Source of the DNA: Candidatus Zixiibacteriota bacterium
GTDB lineage: Bacteria > Zixibacteria > MSB-5A5 > GN15 > FEB-12
Length of the DNA stretch: 25,259 bases
Assembly: GCA_041742355.1 (NCBI GenBank)
Contig: JBGSIV010000087.1
Span: 1-25,259 of the forward strand
Direction of reading: 5' to 3'
Positions 1 to 9,441 of the stretch are shown here, in pieces (the first letter of the stretch is position 1; every line of letters begins with the position of its first letter). The position numbers and the translations under genes were made by a program. Under the pieces are notes generated by a model. The model saw nothing but the letters and a program-made list of their open reading frames with translations, did not search any database and had not been told where the DNA came from.

Positions 1-2164
1 CATCGAGAACCTTGGTAACGCTAACTACACCTACGCCATCATGACGGTGGAAGATCCGTCGGTTCCGGCCGGTATTTCCGCTGGCTGGCTGACCTACTCC
101 AACTTCGACGGTTCCGTGCCGTTCGGTCTGAACAACACCGAGACCGGGACGATCACGATCACCCCAACCGGTGGCTACTATGCGGGCATCTACACCTTGT
201 CCGGCCGCCTGATCTTCATGGGCAACAGCCCGACCTCGCCGGATACCTTCGAGATCCGCTTTGTCGTAGCCGACACGCTGTATCCGCCGGAAGTTGATAC
301 CGTCCACACCGCCGTCCTCGCCCTCGTGGGCAACAACAGCGGTGCGGTCGGCGAAGAAGGCGACAACAAGGTCAACATGGACTACGTCGCCACTGGCGGC
401 GACTGCGACACGCTGGCTCAGGTCTACCTCAACACCGGTTCTTCGGTCATTGCCTACATCAAGGGCGCGATTGATACCGTGGCCAACTTCTCGGCCTTTG
501 GTAACAGTTACGTCTCCCCGGTCGGCTTCTTCCCCTTCTCAAACACCGAGAGTTTCGACACGGCCGGCGCCGAGGCTTTCAAGTCGGTGGCTCTGACACG
601 TGACTCGAGCCTGGCCATCCAGACGACGATCTTCGCCCCGAAACCTCCGGCCGCCGGAGACTCCTCCAACTTCATCCTGAAGCGCCTCCGGATCTACCCG
701 AAGGACGGCGCGGCCCACAACAACATCTCCATCGGTGAAGCGATTGACTGGGATATCCCGGCCGACTCCGGCTCGGACAACGGCTCGGACTTCAACGCGA
801 CCGAGAAGATGATCTGGCAGTACGGCGGCGAATACCACCAGGATGACACCGGCTGGCACCCGGCCTGTCAGGACAGCGATGCCCGCTTCGGCGGCATCAA
901 ATTCCTCCAGATGAAGAAGAATGCCACCGACCTGTCCTCGACCGCTCCGGTCAATGCCTATACATCAGACAATCCGACATGGGTCTACGGCAACCCGTAT
1001 GGCTTCGTCCCGGCCGAGATCTTCACCCAGATGGAGACAGAAGCCGGCTTCTCGAAGTATGAATCGGCGCATCCGGATTCCGTCTTCACCGATCTGCATA
1101 CCGTCATGACATTCACCAACAACATGAACTTCGCTGCAATGGACACGGTGACTATCTGGATGGCCTTCATCACGATCAAGGAAGGCACTGCTTCTGGCTT
1201 TTCCTCGGCCGCGGCAAAAGCCAAGAGGTGGTGGGAGAACCATTTGCAGCCCCCCTTCATCACATACCTGTGCGGTGACGTGAACAACGACAACAGAGTG
1301 ATAATTAGTGACCTAACCTACTACATGAACTATCTGATTAAAGGTGGCCCGGCCCCACATTCAATGCCTAGCGCCGACGTCGACCACGCGTATCGCGTGA
1401 CTCTCCGGGACGCAGTTTTCCTGAATGACTTCCTCTTCCATTCCGGACCAGCTCTCACCTGCCCGGCTGGGAGTGTATCTCTTGATCCGCCCCTCGACAC
1501 CAATGTGAACCTCGAACTCGTTCACGCAATACTACCGAAGAACCAGACCTCAGTCCGGCTTCAGCTCAAGCTCCTTCTCCCCGACACCATAATCTCACTA
1601 CTTATGCCGATCCAGGTGCTGATCAACGGCGAGAAACCGGACTCCGTCGCGAATTTCAGCTTCAGCGACGAGATGCCCGTATCCCCCCAGCTCTTGCTGG
1701 ATGCTATTCCTTTTGACAGCGGCAGTGTCCTTCTTGACGCGGTCAGCGGGATTGGCACCTACTATGCTTATCTACGCGGTTACTACGAGTTTGTCTCCTT
1801 CGATGTTTTCGTGTCGCCGGAGCCGATCGACCGACCGGTCACGATCGACTTTGATTCCCTCCCGCCCATACAGGATGGCATGCCCGTCCACACGCCCTGG
1901 GTGCTCGATGTCTCACCGTGGTTCGATGCCGTCAAACCTTTCATCAGAACTTGCTGCCGCCTGCGCGGCGATGTCGACAGCGACAACGCTATCGTAGTCA
2001 CAGACCTGACTTTCATGGTAAACTACCTCTTCCGGAGTGGTGCGGAACCGCCGTGCTTCTACCACGCCGATGCAGATAGGAGCGACCACGTGAACGTCTC
2101 CGATTTAGTCTACCTCGTGAACTACCTGTTCCGAGCGGGACCACTTCCGCCGGCCTGCGACTAG
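1..2164 (+). CDS. Large secreted/surface protein (5'-partial) with two dockerin-like domains separated by a beta-rich, possibly cohesin-like, domain
   Basis: Frame is open from base 2, so the true start lies upstream of the window. There are two duplicated Ca-binding dockerin-type motifs: CGDVNNDNRVIISDLTYYMNYL...ADVDHAYRVTLRDAVFL and C-terminal CCRLRGDVDSDNAIVVTDLTFMVNYLF...ADADRSDHVNVSDLVYLVNYLF. Stop TAG ends at 2164. Confidence 0.85.
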   Translation, partial: IENLGNANYTYAIMTVEDPSVPAGISAGWLTYSNFDGSVPFGLNNTETGTITITPTGGYYAGIYTLSGRLIFMGNSPTSPDTFEIRFVVADTLYPPEVDTVHTAVLALVGNNSGAVGEEGDNKVNMDYVATGGDCDTLAQVYLNTGSSVIAYIKGAIDTVANFSAFGNSYVSPVGFFPFSNTESFDTAGAEAFKSVALTRDSSLAIQTTIFAPKPPAAGDSSNFILKRLRIYPKDGAAHNNISIGEAIDWDIPADSGSDNGSDFNATEKMIWQYGGEYHQDDTGWHPACQDSDARFGGIKFLQMKKNATDLSSTAPVNAYTSDNPTWVYGNPYGFVPAEIFTQMETEAGFSKYESAHPDSVFTDLHTVMTFTNNMNFAAMDTVTIWMAFITIKEGTASGFSSAAAKAKRWWENHLQPPFITYLCGDVNNDNRVIISDLTYYMNYLIKGGPAPHSMPSADVDHAYRVTLRDAVFLNDFLFHSGPALTCPAGSVSLDPPLDTNVNLELVHAILPKNQTSVRLQLKLLLPDTIISLLMPIQVLINGEKPDSVANFSFSDEMPVSPQLLLDAIPFDSGSVLLDAVSGIGTYYAYLRGYYEFVSFDVFVSPEPIDRPVTIDFDSLPPIQDGMPVHTPWVLDVSPWFDAVKPFIRTCCRLRGDVDSDNAIVVTDLTFMVNYLFRSGAEPPCFYHADADRSDHVNVSDLVYLVNYLFRAGPLPPACD

Positions 2165-2196
2165 AATCGCAATCGACCGGAACTATCCACTCTCCA

Positions 2197-2234
2197 AGGG
2201 CCCGTGGCCGAATACGCCAGGGGCCCTGTTCTTT
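2197..2234 (+). terminator. Probable intrinsic terminator
   Basis: AGGGCCC-G-TGGC...GCCA-G-GGGCCCT stem followed by GTTCTTT, about 30 nt after the stop codon. Confidence 0.55.
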
Positions 2235-2327
2235 GCCGTCTGTGGCAATCACGCTACCACTCCTCCAGTTTTCCGTTGCCACCCCCGTATCCCAACCCTT
2301 ACTTACAGCCAAACAAAGGAGTCTCCC

Positions 2328-4433
2328 ATGAACCGCCTTATCGCCGTTGTCGCCATACTGGTTCTTGCGCTCGCTGTCGCGGCCAACGCCGCCTTGGCCG
2401 CAATCCCGGCCACCTTCACCAAACACAACATCACCCTGCGCCTCGATCCGGTCACCCACACCGCGGTGATCGAGGACTACGGCACGATCGTTGTCGCGGC
2501 CGGCTGGAATCTGCTGTACCTGAAAGACAGCGCCGATATCCGCGAATTCTCCATCGATAACCTACCCGTCAACTACACACTCGTCCCAACCGGTGACACG
2601 GCAAGCATCGCTGCCGGGATCGACCGCCGGGAGGGGGCCGACATCCTGCTGTTCGAGGCGGTGTCGGCCGACACGCTCCCCTTCCACATCGCGTATGCCG
2701 CGCGGTTCGACGATCCGGTGGAGAATGTCCAGTTCTCGCGAGAGAATATCGGCAACGAAGTCAACGGCACTATTCTCGAACTGGGGGCGTATCTCAGCCC
2801 CGCCGCCTGTTTTTATCCGCAAGGGACCGAGACGATGTCGCGGTTCTCGCTCACCGCCGACATTCCGGCCGAATGGGAGTCGATCGCGGACGGTAACCCG
2901 GTCTCCTCGGAAATCAACGGCGACCGCAAGGTCCAGCGGTTCGCCAATCCGTTTCTGTCCGACGGCTACTACTTCATGGCCGCGCCGTATGTGGTGCGCA
3001 CGACAACGGTCGACAGCATCACGGTCGCGACCTACTTTTTCGAGGCGGATACATCGCTCTGCGACAAGTACCTGACGGCCACGGCCGACTACATTCGCAT
3101 GTACCAGGAGCTGATCGGGCCGTATCCGTTTCGGCAGTTCACGGTCGCGGAGAACTTTTTCCCGACGGGCTACGGCATGCCGGGCTGGACGTTGCTCGGG
3201 CAGAGTGTGTTGCGGTTGCCGTTTATAATCACGTCGTCGCTCGGGCACGAGGTCCTGCACAACTGGTGGGGGAATTCGGTTTATGTCGACTACGAGCGCG
3301 GCAACTGGTGCGAGGCACTCACGACGTATGGGGCCGACTACCGCTACAAGCTGCTCGCTTCACCAGAGGCCGCCCGCGATTATCGCAAGGATATCCTGAA
3401 AGAGTACCTCAGCTATGTGAACGAGGGGAACGATTTTCCGCTGCGGGAGTTCACGTCGCGATCGAGCGCGGAGACTCGCACGATCGGCTACAACAAGGGG
3501 ATGATGGTCTTCCATTTGATCGAGGAGCAGATCGGCAGCGAGGCGTTTTTCGCGGCGTGGAAACAGGTGTACCGCGATTATGTCGGCAAGGTCGTTTCGT
3601 GGGAGGATTGGATCGAGGCGTTCGAGAAAGCGAGCGGGCAGGATCTCGGCTATATCATTCCCGAGTGGGTTGACCGCGCCGGGGCGCCGGTGCTCGGCGT
3701 TGAAGTAAGTTCGGTGGCGCCGAATGGTGGCGAGGGTAAGACGGTTGGCCTCAAGATCACGCAGTCGACGGAGACACCCTATCGACTAGCGGTGCCGATT
3801 CGCGCCGAGGGTGCGGATTCGATTGAGAGCACAACGGTCCGGCTCACCGAATCCGAGATGTCGTTGGAGTTCACCGTACCGGCCGGAATGGCGACGGTAT
3901 CCGTGGATCCCGATTTCCACATATTTCGGCGCCTTTATCCTGAGGAGGTCGAGCCGATTATCTCGGCCGTGCTGGGGATCGATAAGAAGGCGCTGGTGTT
4001 TTCATCGGCGTATGCCCCCGCCCGCGAGGCGTTCGCCGCGTTCGGCTCGGCTCTGACCGAGGAGCAGTCGACCGTGGTCGCGGAGGACCAACTGGGGGCA
4101 GTACCGAAAGATCACGCGCCGGTTATCTTGAATCCGACCACGCTCCCCGGGTATCTCGCGGGAATGGTCCAGGTCACGGACGACTCGGTGGCGATCGGCG
4201 GCCAGGCGTATCCGCTCAGCGGGAACACGTTCGTGCTGGCGGGGCAGAATTGGGACGGCTTCGCTCGATATATGGTGGTTCTTTCCGGCGACTACGCCTC
4301 GCTGGCGCGAATCGGCCAGCTTGTGCCGCACTACGGCAAGTACTCGTATCTGGTATTTGCAGGGGCCAAGAATGTTGCCAAAGGGCAGTGGCCGGTGACC
4401 GACTCGCCGCTGCGCAAGGTGATTCCGCAATAG
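2328..4433 (+). CDS. M1-family (gluzincin) zinc aminopeptidase, secreted
   Basis: Signal peptide; RBS AAGGAG; HEVLH zinc motif with downstream E (NWCEAL); GYGMPG at the exopeptidase-motif position; YNKG catalytic Tyr motif. Confidence 0.9.
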   Translation: MNRLIAVVAILVLALAVAANAALAAIPATFTKHNITLRLDPVTHTAVIEDYGTIVVAAGWNLLYLKDSADIREFSIDNLPVNYTLVPTGDTASIAAGIDRREGADILLFEAVSADTLPFHIAYAARFDDPVENVQFSRENIGNEVNGTILELGAYLSPAACFYPQGTETMSRFSLTADIPAEWESIADGNPVSSEINGDRKVQRFANPFLSDGYYFMAAPYVVRTTTVDSITVATYFFEADTSLCDKYLTATADYIRMYQELIGPYPFRQFTVAENFFPTGYGMPGWTLLGQSVLRLPFIITSSLGHEVLHNWWGNSVYVDYERGNWCEALTTYGADYRYKLLASPEAARDYRKDILKEYLSYVNEGNDFPLREFTSRSSAETRTIGYNKGMMVFHLIEEQIGSEAFFAAWKQVYRDYVGKVVSWEDWIEAFEKASGQDLGYIIPEWVDRAGAPVLGVEVSSVAPNGGEGKTVGLKITQSTETPYRLAVPIRAEGADSIESTTVRLTESEMSLEFTVPAGMATVSVDPDFHIFRRLYPEEVEPIISAVLGIDKKALVFSSAYAPAREAFAAFGSALTEEQSTVVAEDQLGAVPKDHAPVILNPTTLPGYLAGMVQVTDDSVAIGGQAYPLSGNTFVLAGQNWDGFARYMVVLSGDYASLARIGQLVPHYGKYSYLVFAGAKNVAKGQWPVTDSPLRKVIPQ

Positions 4434-4447
4434 GGTGGATGTATGCG

Positions 4448-4522
4448 GTGGGGCGAGCACCGGTTTCGGTGCTTGACGGTGCCAACACATACGTCAAACA
4501 CGCAGAGCCGTGTTTGACGTAC
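4448..4522. repeat. Pair of palindromes resembling a degenerate GTRG-type REP doublet
   Basis: GTGG followed by AGCACCG-GTTT-CGGTGCT (4456-4473), then a perfect 13-bp inverted repeat TACGTCAAACACG-N6-CGTGTTTGACGTA (4490-4521). Confidence 0.55.
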
Positions 4523-4704
4523 CTCGGACAGAAGGAACGGTGCGCGAATCAGTGGATAGCGTCGATGACCGCTTTGCCTGACGAGGTACCGCCTCCCCTA
4601 CCGCCCTCGGGCCGCCTGGACGAAGTGTTCCACCCGGCGCAGGGCAGTGGGCCGAGGGGTAGTCACCGGCCACCGGACGCGCCGTCGATTCGAACCAATA
4701 TGAT

Positions 4705-4733
4705 TTGCCCTCCCCGGCCGTGACCGTTATACT
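4705..4733 (+). promoter_or_regulatory. sigma-70-type promoter
   Basis: TTGCCC-N17-TATACT upstream of the 4782 CDS. Confidence 0.6.
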
Positions 4734-4781
4734 GGGGCGAAGGTGGAGCCAATAACCCGCATTGGGGAGGAGTTCGGATTC

Positions 4782-5729
4782 ATGATCGCAACCGCTTCAG
4801 GACGTCCTTCAATCATTGGCCGAGTCCTTGTGCTCACCGCCATGCTGGTTTCGGTCGCACTATCTATTCTCACCTGTTCGGACGAGAGTGCCCCGACATT
4901 CTCTTCGCCCGCCATGGGGACGGTGTGGGAGATTCGCACCAGCGGCGTGGACGACACGCTGAACGCGGTAATCTGGAACGGCCAGATGTACGTGACGGTC
5001 GGCGGCACCTCGATATACACCTCCCCCGATGCCCGCACGTGGGAGCTGCGCTACACGGGCGCTCCCGGCAGTCTGCGGGATATCGTGTGGACAGGCAGCC
5101 ACTTCATTGCAGTCGGCGGGCACGCAATTCTCGTATCGGAAGACGGTGTCTCCTGGAATCTCAACACGACCGCCGGCCTCCTCAACGGGGTCGGAGCAAA
5201 CGATACACATGCCATTGCTGTCGGCGACAGCGGTCTTGTTCTTGTTTCGCGTGATCTGCAGACCTGGTATCGGTCCATTTATGCGGGTGACCAGCTTCGA
5301 GCGATCGTCTGGGCGCCGGATTTCCGGTACGCGGTCGGGCAGGACCGGCGGACAGGCGCGTTTGTCCTCTGCGGGGAGGATATTGTCGCACACTGTACGG
5401 CATTCAATATGACCCTGAGTTACACTCGAACGAGCTGGTACGGGTCTTACAGAGATCTCTGCCCGATTGATTCCGTCGTGATACTGGTCGGCGATGGAAT
5501 GCGGGCCATTGACCGGGTCGGAGATCAGCTGGTGGCCGTGGGGAACTACGGGGACGCCGTGGTCATGAGACACGCACCGACCCCGTGGGAGCCAAACCGC
5601 ACGATCGGTGGCACCTATCGGACCGGCCTCCGGGGTACCTTATATGGCGTGACGGGCGCCGGCAACGGTTGTGTCGCGGTGGGTGTGCGCGGCACTGTCG
5701 TTACCTCGCCGCCCAATCGTATCCGGTAG
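4782..5729 (+). CDS. Putative lipoprotein with beta-propeller (BNR/YCF48-like) repeats
   Basis: RBS GGAGGAG at 4766-4772 favours ATG 4782 over GTG 4743. Hydrophobic signal ends ILT-C. Repeated L..V.W.G..FIAVG...ILVS.DG..W blade motifs. Confidence 0.75.
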   Translation: MIATASGRPSIIGRVLVLTAMLVSVALSILTCSDESAPTFSSPAMGTVWEIRTSGVDDTLNAVIWNGQMYVTVGGTSIYTSPDARTWELRYTGAPGSLRDIVWTGSHFIAVGGHAILVSEDGVSWNLNTTAGLLNGVGANDTHAIAVGDSGLVLVSRDLQTWYRSIYAGDQLRAIVWAPDFRYAVGQDRRTGAFVLCGEDIVAHCTAFNMTLSYTRTSWYGSYRDLCPIDSVVILVGDGMRAIDRVGDQLVAVGNYGDAVVMRHAPTPWEPNRTIGGTYRTGLRGTLYGVTGAGNGCVAVGVRGTVVTSPPNRIR

Positions 5730-5768
5730 CAGTTCTGCGCGAGTTCTGACCAGCTCCGGGAGAGTCAA

Positions 5769-6956
5769 TCAGAACGGTATGGTGAAACCGGCCGAAATGG
5801 AAAACCCCGACAGCTTGAGATCAATTCCCCCGCTGTCGGGAAGGGTCAACACCCGCTCACTCGGGTCTTTAATCTCCCCTGAGCCGAAAAGAGATGTGTA
5901 GCCGAAGGTATATCGCAGTCCGATGACCGGCCGGATTCGTCCGGCCCACTGCGCCAGCTCGATTCCGACCTGGCCTCCGGTCAACGTGTTCTTGAGGTTG
6001 ACGATTGTCCTTTCCCCTGATTCACCGATCACGAATCCGGCCAACACATACGTGCTGTCGAACTGCGAAGTCGCGCCGGAGGTGAAGGCCAGATATGGTC
6101 CGGCCACAAGCGACAGCTGTGCGGATTTCACATCGGCCAGCCGGTACTTTCCCAGCAGCGCGATCTCGTACAACGATACACGCAGCCTGTCGACCACCCG
6201 GATCTGCGCTCCGTCGACGACGGCGGTCTGTTGCGCGGTCGAACGGCGTGTCGCCCAGCTCAGTTCGGCCTGCAGTGCAAAACGGTCGGAGAGCCGTTGA
6301 ACGGCCATCAGGCCCATGGCCAGGCCGGTGCGAGACTCGGGATCGACGGTCGCGACAGAACCGTCGCCGGCGACGCTGCTCACTCCTCCTACGCCAAACA
6401 CCCCGACGGCACGGCGGGAATAGATGGACGGCAGCACGCGAAGGCGGGCGTAAGCGATCGACCCTGTCGGGAACTCCATCGGCTGCTGGTCGGCACCCAC
6501 GCCGCGCGCCGAATGGCCCAGCGTATCCACTGTGCCCGTCCTACCCGATACCGGTACGATCCGGGCCACGGGGCGGGCCAGTTTGGCCACCGAATCGGCG
6601 ACCGCGAATTGCCCTCCCCTTTGCGCGTCCCAAGGGTGCAGAGTCCTGGGCGGCAGTGTGGAGTCACCCGGCACCAGCAGTTCTATCCCCGCGAGGCTGC
6701 CGAGCGGGTATTCGACCGCACTTCCGTCTGCCGTCGTCCCCACGATCATTTTCCGACCGTAGTCATAGGCGGCCCCTCGGTCGTTGAACTCCACCCGCTC
6801 TCCGGAGGGGAGTGTCACCGCCGCAACGACCTGGTTCATGCCGAAGGCGACGATTTTGTCCTGAGGGCGGCGCGCAGCTTCCTGCGGCGATACGTTGGCC
6901 ATGCGGGCACAGCCTCCGGCCAGTCCGAGGAGCGCGAACGCGAGGAGCACGGCCAT
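5769..6956 (-). CDS. Lipoprotein-signal protein with C-terminal outer-membrane beta-barrel (OMP_b-brl/PorT-like)
   Basis: MAVLLAFALLGLAGG-C lipobox. Amphipathic strands (FALQAELSW, YEIALLGKY, LSLVAGPYLAF, IGLRYTFG) and terminal ISAGFTIPF. Start could alternatively be TTG 6995. Confidence 0.7.
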   Translation of the reverse strand: MAVLLAFALLGLAGGCARMANVSPQEAARRPQDKIVAFGMNQVVAAVTLPSGERVEFNDRGAAYDYGRKMIVGTTADGSAVEYPLGSLAGIELLVPGDSTLPPRTLHPWDAQRGGQFAVADSVAKLARPVARIVPVSGRTGTVDTLGHSARGVGADQQPMEFPTGSIAYARLRVLPSIYSRRAVGVFGVGGVSSVAGDGSVATVDPESRTGLAMGLMAVQRLSDRFALQAELSWATRRSTAQQTAVVDGAQIRVVDRLRVSLYEIALLGKYRLADVKSAQLSLVAGPYLAFTSGATSQFDSTYVLAGFVIGESGERTIVNLKNTLTGGQVGIELAQWAGRIRPVIGLRYTFGYTSLFGSGEIKDPSERVLTLPDSGGIDLKLSGFSISAGFTIPF

Positions 6957-6997
6957 CGAACGGCGCGCACCGCTAAAAACAAGGTGTCCTGTCAAGC

Positions 6998-8617
6998 TTA
7001 CCGTACTCCTATCGCAAAGAGCCGTCCCTGTGCTGTTACCAGAAGGGCCCGCGGGTCAACCGGCGACGGCCAGATTCCCTTTGTCCCGTACGGCAGCGGC
7101 ATCGAATTTCCCGGTTCCAGCGTGACCGCATCGTACACGCGCAGCGAATCCGTCGGTCCGGGGAACGGCCCCGGTTTTACGACGTACAGTGTCGATCCGT
7201 CGGGTGAGAGACAAAGCGGTCCCGTAATTCCGGTGGTGCCGATCGTGCTCAGGTCGGTCGAGTCAAGCACCAGTCCGTTGGTCAGGTAGATCGCGCCCGT
7301 CAGTGGGCTCACGGAAAAGCGGAACGGGTACGCACCGTCCAACCGCAGATCCCGGCTGGCGGCCGAGCCCATCGAATTCCCCACGATGATAAACTTTTCG
7401 ATAAAGAGGCGGTTGTCCCGCCGGTACACGAAGTACACGCAACTGCTGTCCGCCGATAACTGGAGTTCACCGCCGTAGCAGTAATTAGGCTCGAAGTACT
7501 CGGGGCGAATGACGGTATCGATAGGGCTTGACCAATACAGCAGCGGGCGGGTTCCGAGCTGATACGAAAGCCAATCGGATATCATCACCAGGCAACCGGG
7601 CGCAAACTCCAGCACGTCGCGAAGATAGTGGCTGTCGGCAAGGCTGTCGGTCGGGATGTAACGCGTGGCGCCCGTGGCGATATCGACAATATTGAGCCTG
7701 CCGGCGGCATGCCCCGGGACATAGAGGAGCGAGCCGGAGCGGCTCAGGTTGACGTTGAACGGCGCGCCGAAAGTCGGAATGCGGCGGATTTCGGAAAACC
7801 GATAGGGGTCGATGACGATGACGGAGCTGAGGGTCGGCGTGGCGGCGTATAGACAGTCGCGCTCCGGGTCATAAACGAGGTCGGTCACATCCGCGTTGAG
7901 AAAGACAGCCATCGAGTCGTCGACAACGAGGCTTGTCGCGGCCACGGTATAGTCGCCATACGAGAGATTGAATTCGTAGCAGTACTTTCGAGCCTGCATC
8001 GGCCTGGCGTCGAGGTAGGAGGTCTCAAGCCCGGTGGAGTCGAGCACCAGCGTATCGGAGCGCACAGGCACAACGGTAGTCTCCCAGCGGCGGACCACCG
8101 ACAGGCAGCGGAAATCCTCGCCCGGCGTGTGGCTCCATATCAGATTCAGCCCGCTGATCGACTTCTGGTAGTCCACCGCGACGGGAGGAACTGATCTTCC
8201 CTGAAAGATCACCGGCTCCAGCTGGTCGGAAGAAGCCCGAATGGTGAAGTCGCCCGGCGTGCTCCCCAGATTCACCCGTGCCCGGGCAAGGCCGTTGCGA
8301 TCGGTGTCTACTTCGTACGGAACTGCCACACTGCCGGAAAGCACTTCGAAGCGCACGGCAACCCCCTCCACTCCCGGCCCCTCGTTCGTCCCGACTTTCA
8401 CCACGAGGTCTGCGGGGAGTACCGAGTTGATCACACCGGCCTGGCGATCGCCCCATACCAGCGCGAGGCTCTCCGGCTCGCCCGCCGGGCCCACGGGTTT
8501 CTTGTTGTCGCAATTGAGGAGAGAGAGAAGCAGGAGAGCGCACAGTGCGATGGGCAGCCGGCGGCCGCGAGGCCACGCGAGAGGCATTTGCTTCATCCGG
8601 CTGTGATTATGTGCCAT
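6998..8617 (-). CDS. Lipoprotein with Big_1/invasin-type Ig domain and YVTN-like beta-propeller
   Basis: LLLSLLN-C lipobox. GDRQAG...LVVKV...VEGVAVRFEV..GSV...TDRNGLA...LG..PG is an Ig-like Big_1 pattern. Later YDPERDCLYA, LSRSGSLLYV and LSPDGSTLYV propeller blades. Start may be 8617 or 8596. Confidence 0.75.
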   Translation of the reverse strand: MAHNHSRMKQMPLAWPRGRRLPIALCALLLLSLLNCDNKKPVGPAGEPESLALVWGDRQAGVINSVLPADLVVKVGTNEGPGVEGVAVRFEVLSGSVAVPYEVDTDRNGLARARVNLGSTPGDFTIRASSDQLEPVIFQGRSVPPVAVDYQKSISGLNLIWSHTPGEDFRCLSVVRRWETTVVPVRSDTLVLDSTGLETSYLDARPMQARKYCYEFNLSYGDYTVAATSLVVDDSMAVFLNADVTDLVYDPERDCLYAATPTLSSVIVIDPYRFSEIRRIPTFGAPFNVNLSRSGSLLYVPGHAAGRLNIVDIATGATRYIPTDSLADSHYLRDVLEFAPGCLVMISDWLSYQLGTRPLLYWSSPIDTVIRPEYFEPNYCYGGELQLSADSSCVYFVYRRDNRLFIEKFIIVGNSMGSAASRDLRLDGAYPFRFSVSPLTGAIYLTNGLVLDSTDLSTIGTTGITGPLCLSPDGSTLYVVKPGPFPGPTDSLRVYDAVTLEPGNSMPLPYGTKGIWPSPVDPRALLVTAQGRLFAIGVR

Positions 8618-8680
8618 AACATCGATAGGATACTCGATGTCGGCACGGAAGACAAGCTGATTTGAAAGAGGCGCCGGCCG

Positions 8681-9409
8681 CTATCGCTCCCGGGCCGCTT
8701 CGACGAAGCGCTCCACGCGGCGCACGGTCTCGTGGAACCGCTGCTCCTCTATCGCCGGCATCCCGGCGACCGGGGGAACATTGGGCTGCGGTCCCTTCTT
8801 CTTTCCGAGCGTGCGCTCGATCTGCTCGTTGAAGGCGAAGGCGAGGACATCTCCCTCGCCGCTGACCGCGAACCCGGCCGGCGCCTCCCGCAGGAGGTCC
8901 CGCCAGTTTGAGGCGATCAGTTCCGCCGCGGCGGGCGGATTATCGGAGAAGATCAGGAAGTGTTCGGCCAGTTCGGGATTATTCGCAACCTCGACCGGTG
9001 ACAAGCCCAGTCCGGCTACTTTGGCGGCGATTCCGTTGAGCCAAGCCCCCAGTTTTCCGGCGAGCGGCACTTTCCGCATGATCCGGATTTTCGGCAAAGT
9101 CAGTCCGGGGACGCGGACGACGAAATCCACGTCACGCCCCTCCTGCCGACGCGGCAGGAAGGTGTAGATCTCGTACCAGCCGGCGGTACGGCGGAAGATC
9201 GTGCCGATCGACGTAGCTTTGGCGCCGACTTTGGTCACCTCGGCCAGCCGTTCGACCAGCCGCTGATCGGGATCTCTCACTTCGGCGAATCCGAGCCGCT
9301 GCAGCCGCTCGACTTCCCTCCGGCGCTGGCTGATCGCCGCCCGGATGACGAGCACGAAGACGCCGATTATCCCGATGAACGCCGCCATGACCAGTGCTTG
9401 CTCATTCAT
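8681..9409 (-). CDS. Hypothetical protein with N-terminal membrane anchor
   Basis: 242-aa ORF with RBS GGAG, a single N-terminal TM helix followed by RRR, and typical codon usage. Confidence 0.75.
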   Translation of the reverse strand: MNEQALVMAAFIGIIGVFVLVIRAAISQRRREVERLQRLGFAEVRDPDQRLVERLAEVTKVGAKATSIGTIFRRTAGWYEIYTFLPRRQEGRDVDFVVRVPGLTLPKIRIMRKVPLAGKLGAWLNGIAAKVAGLGLSPVEVANNPELAEHFLIFSDNPPAAAELIASNWRDLLREAPAGFAVSGEGDVLAFAFNEQIERTLGKKKGPQPNVPPVAGMPAIEEQRFHETVRRVERFVEAARER

Positions 9410-9441
9410 ACATCACACTCCGGGAGCGACTGTGCTCCTGC

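Noticed and set aside
4540..4600. c-di-GMP-I or cobalamin riboswitch
   Set aside because: Minus-strand GGCAAA..GACGC lacks the GNRA-capped stem and second hairpin, there is no B12 box, and the orientation does not lead into a gene.
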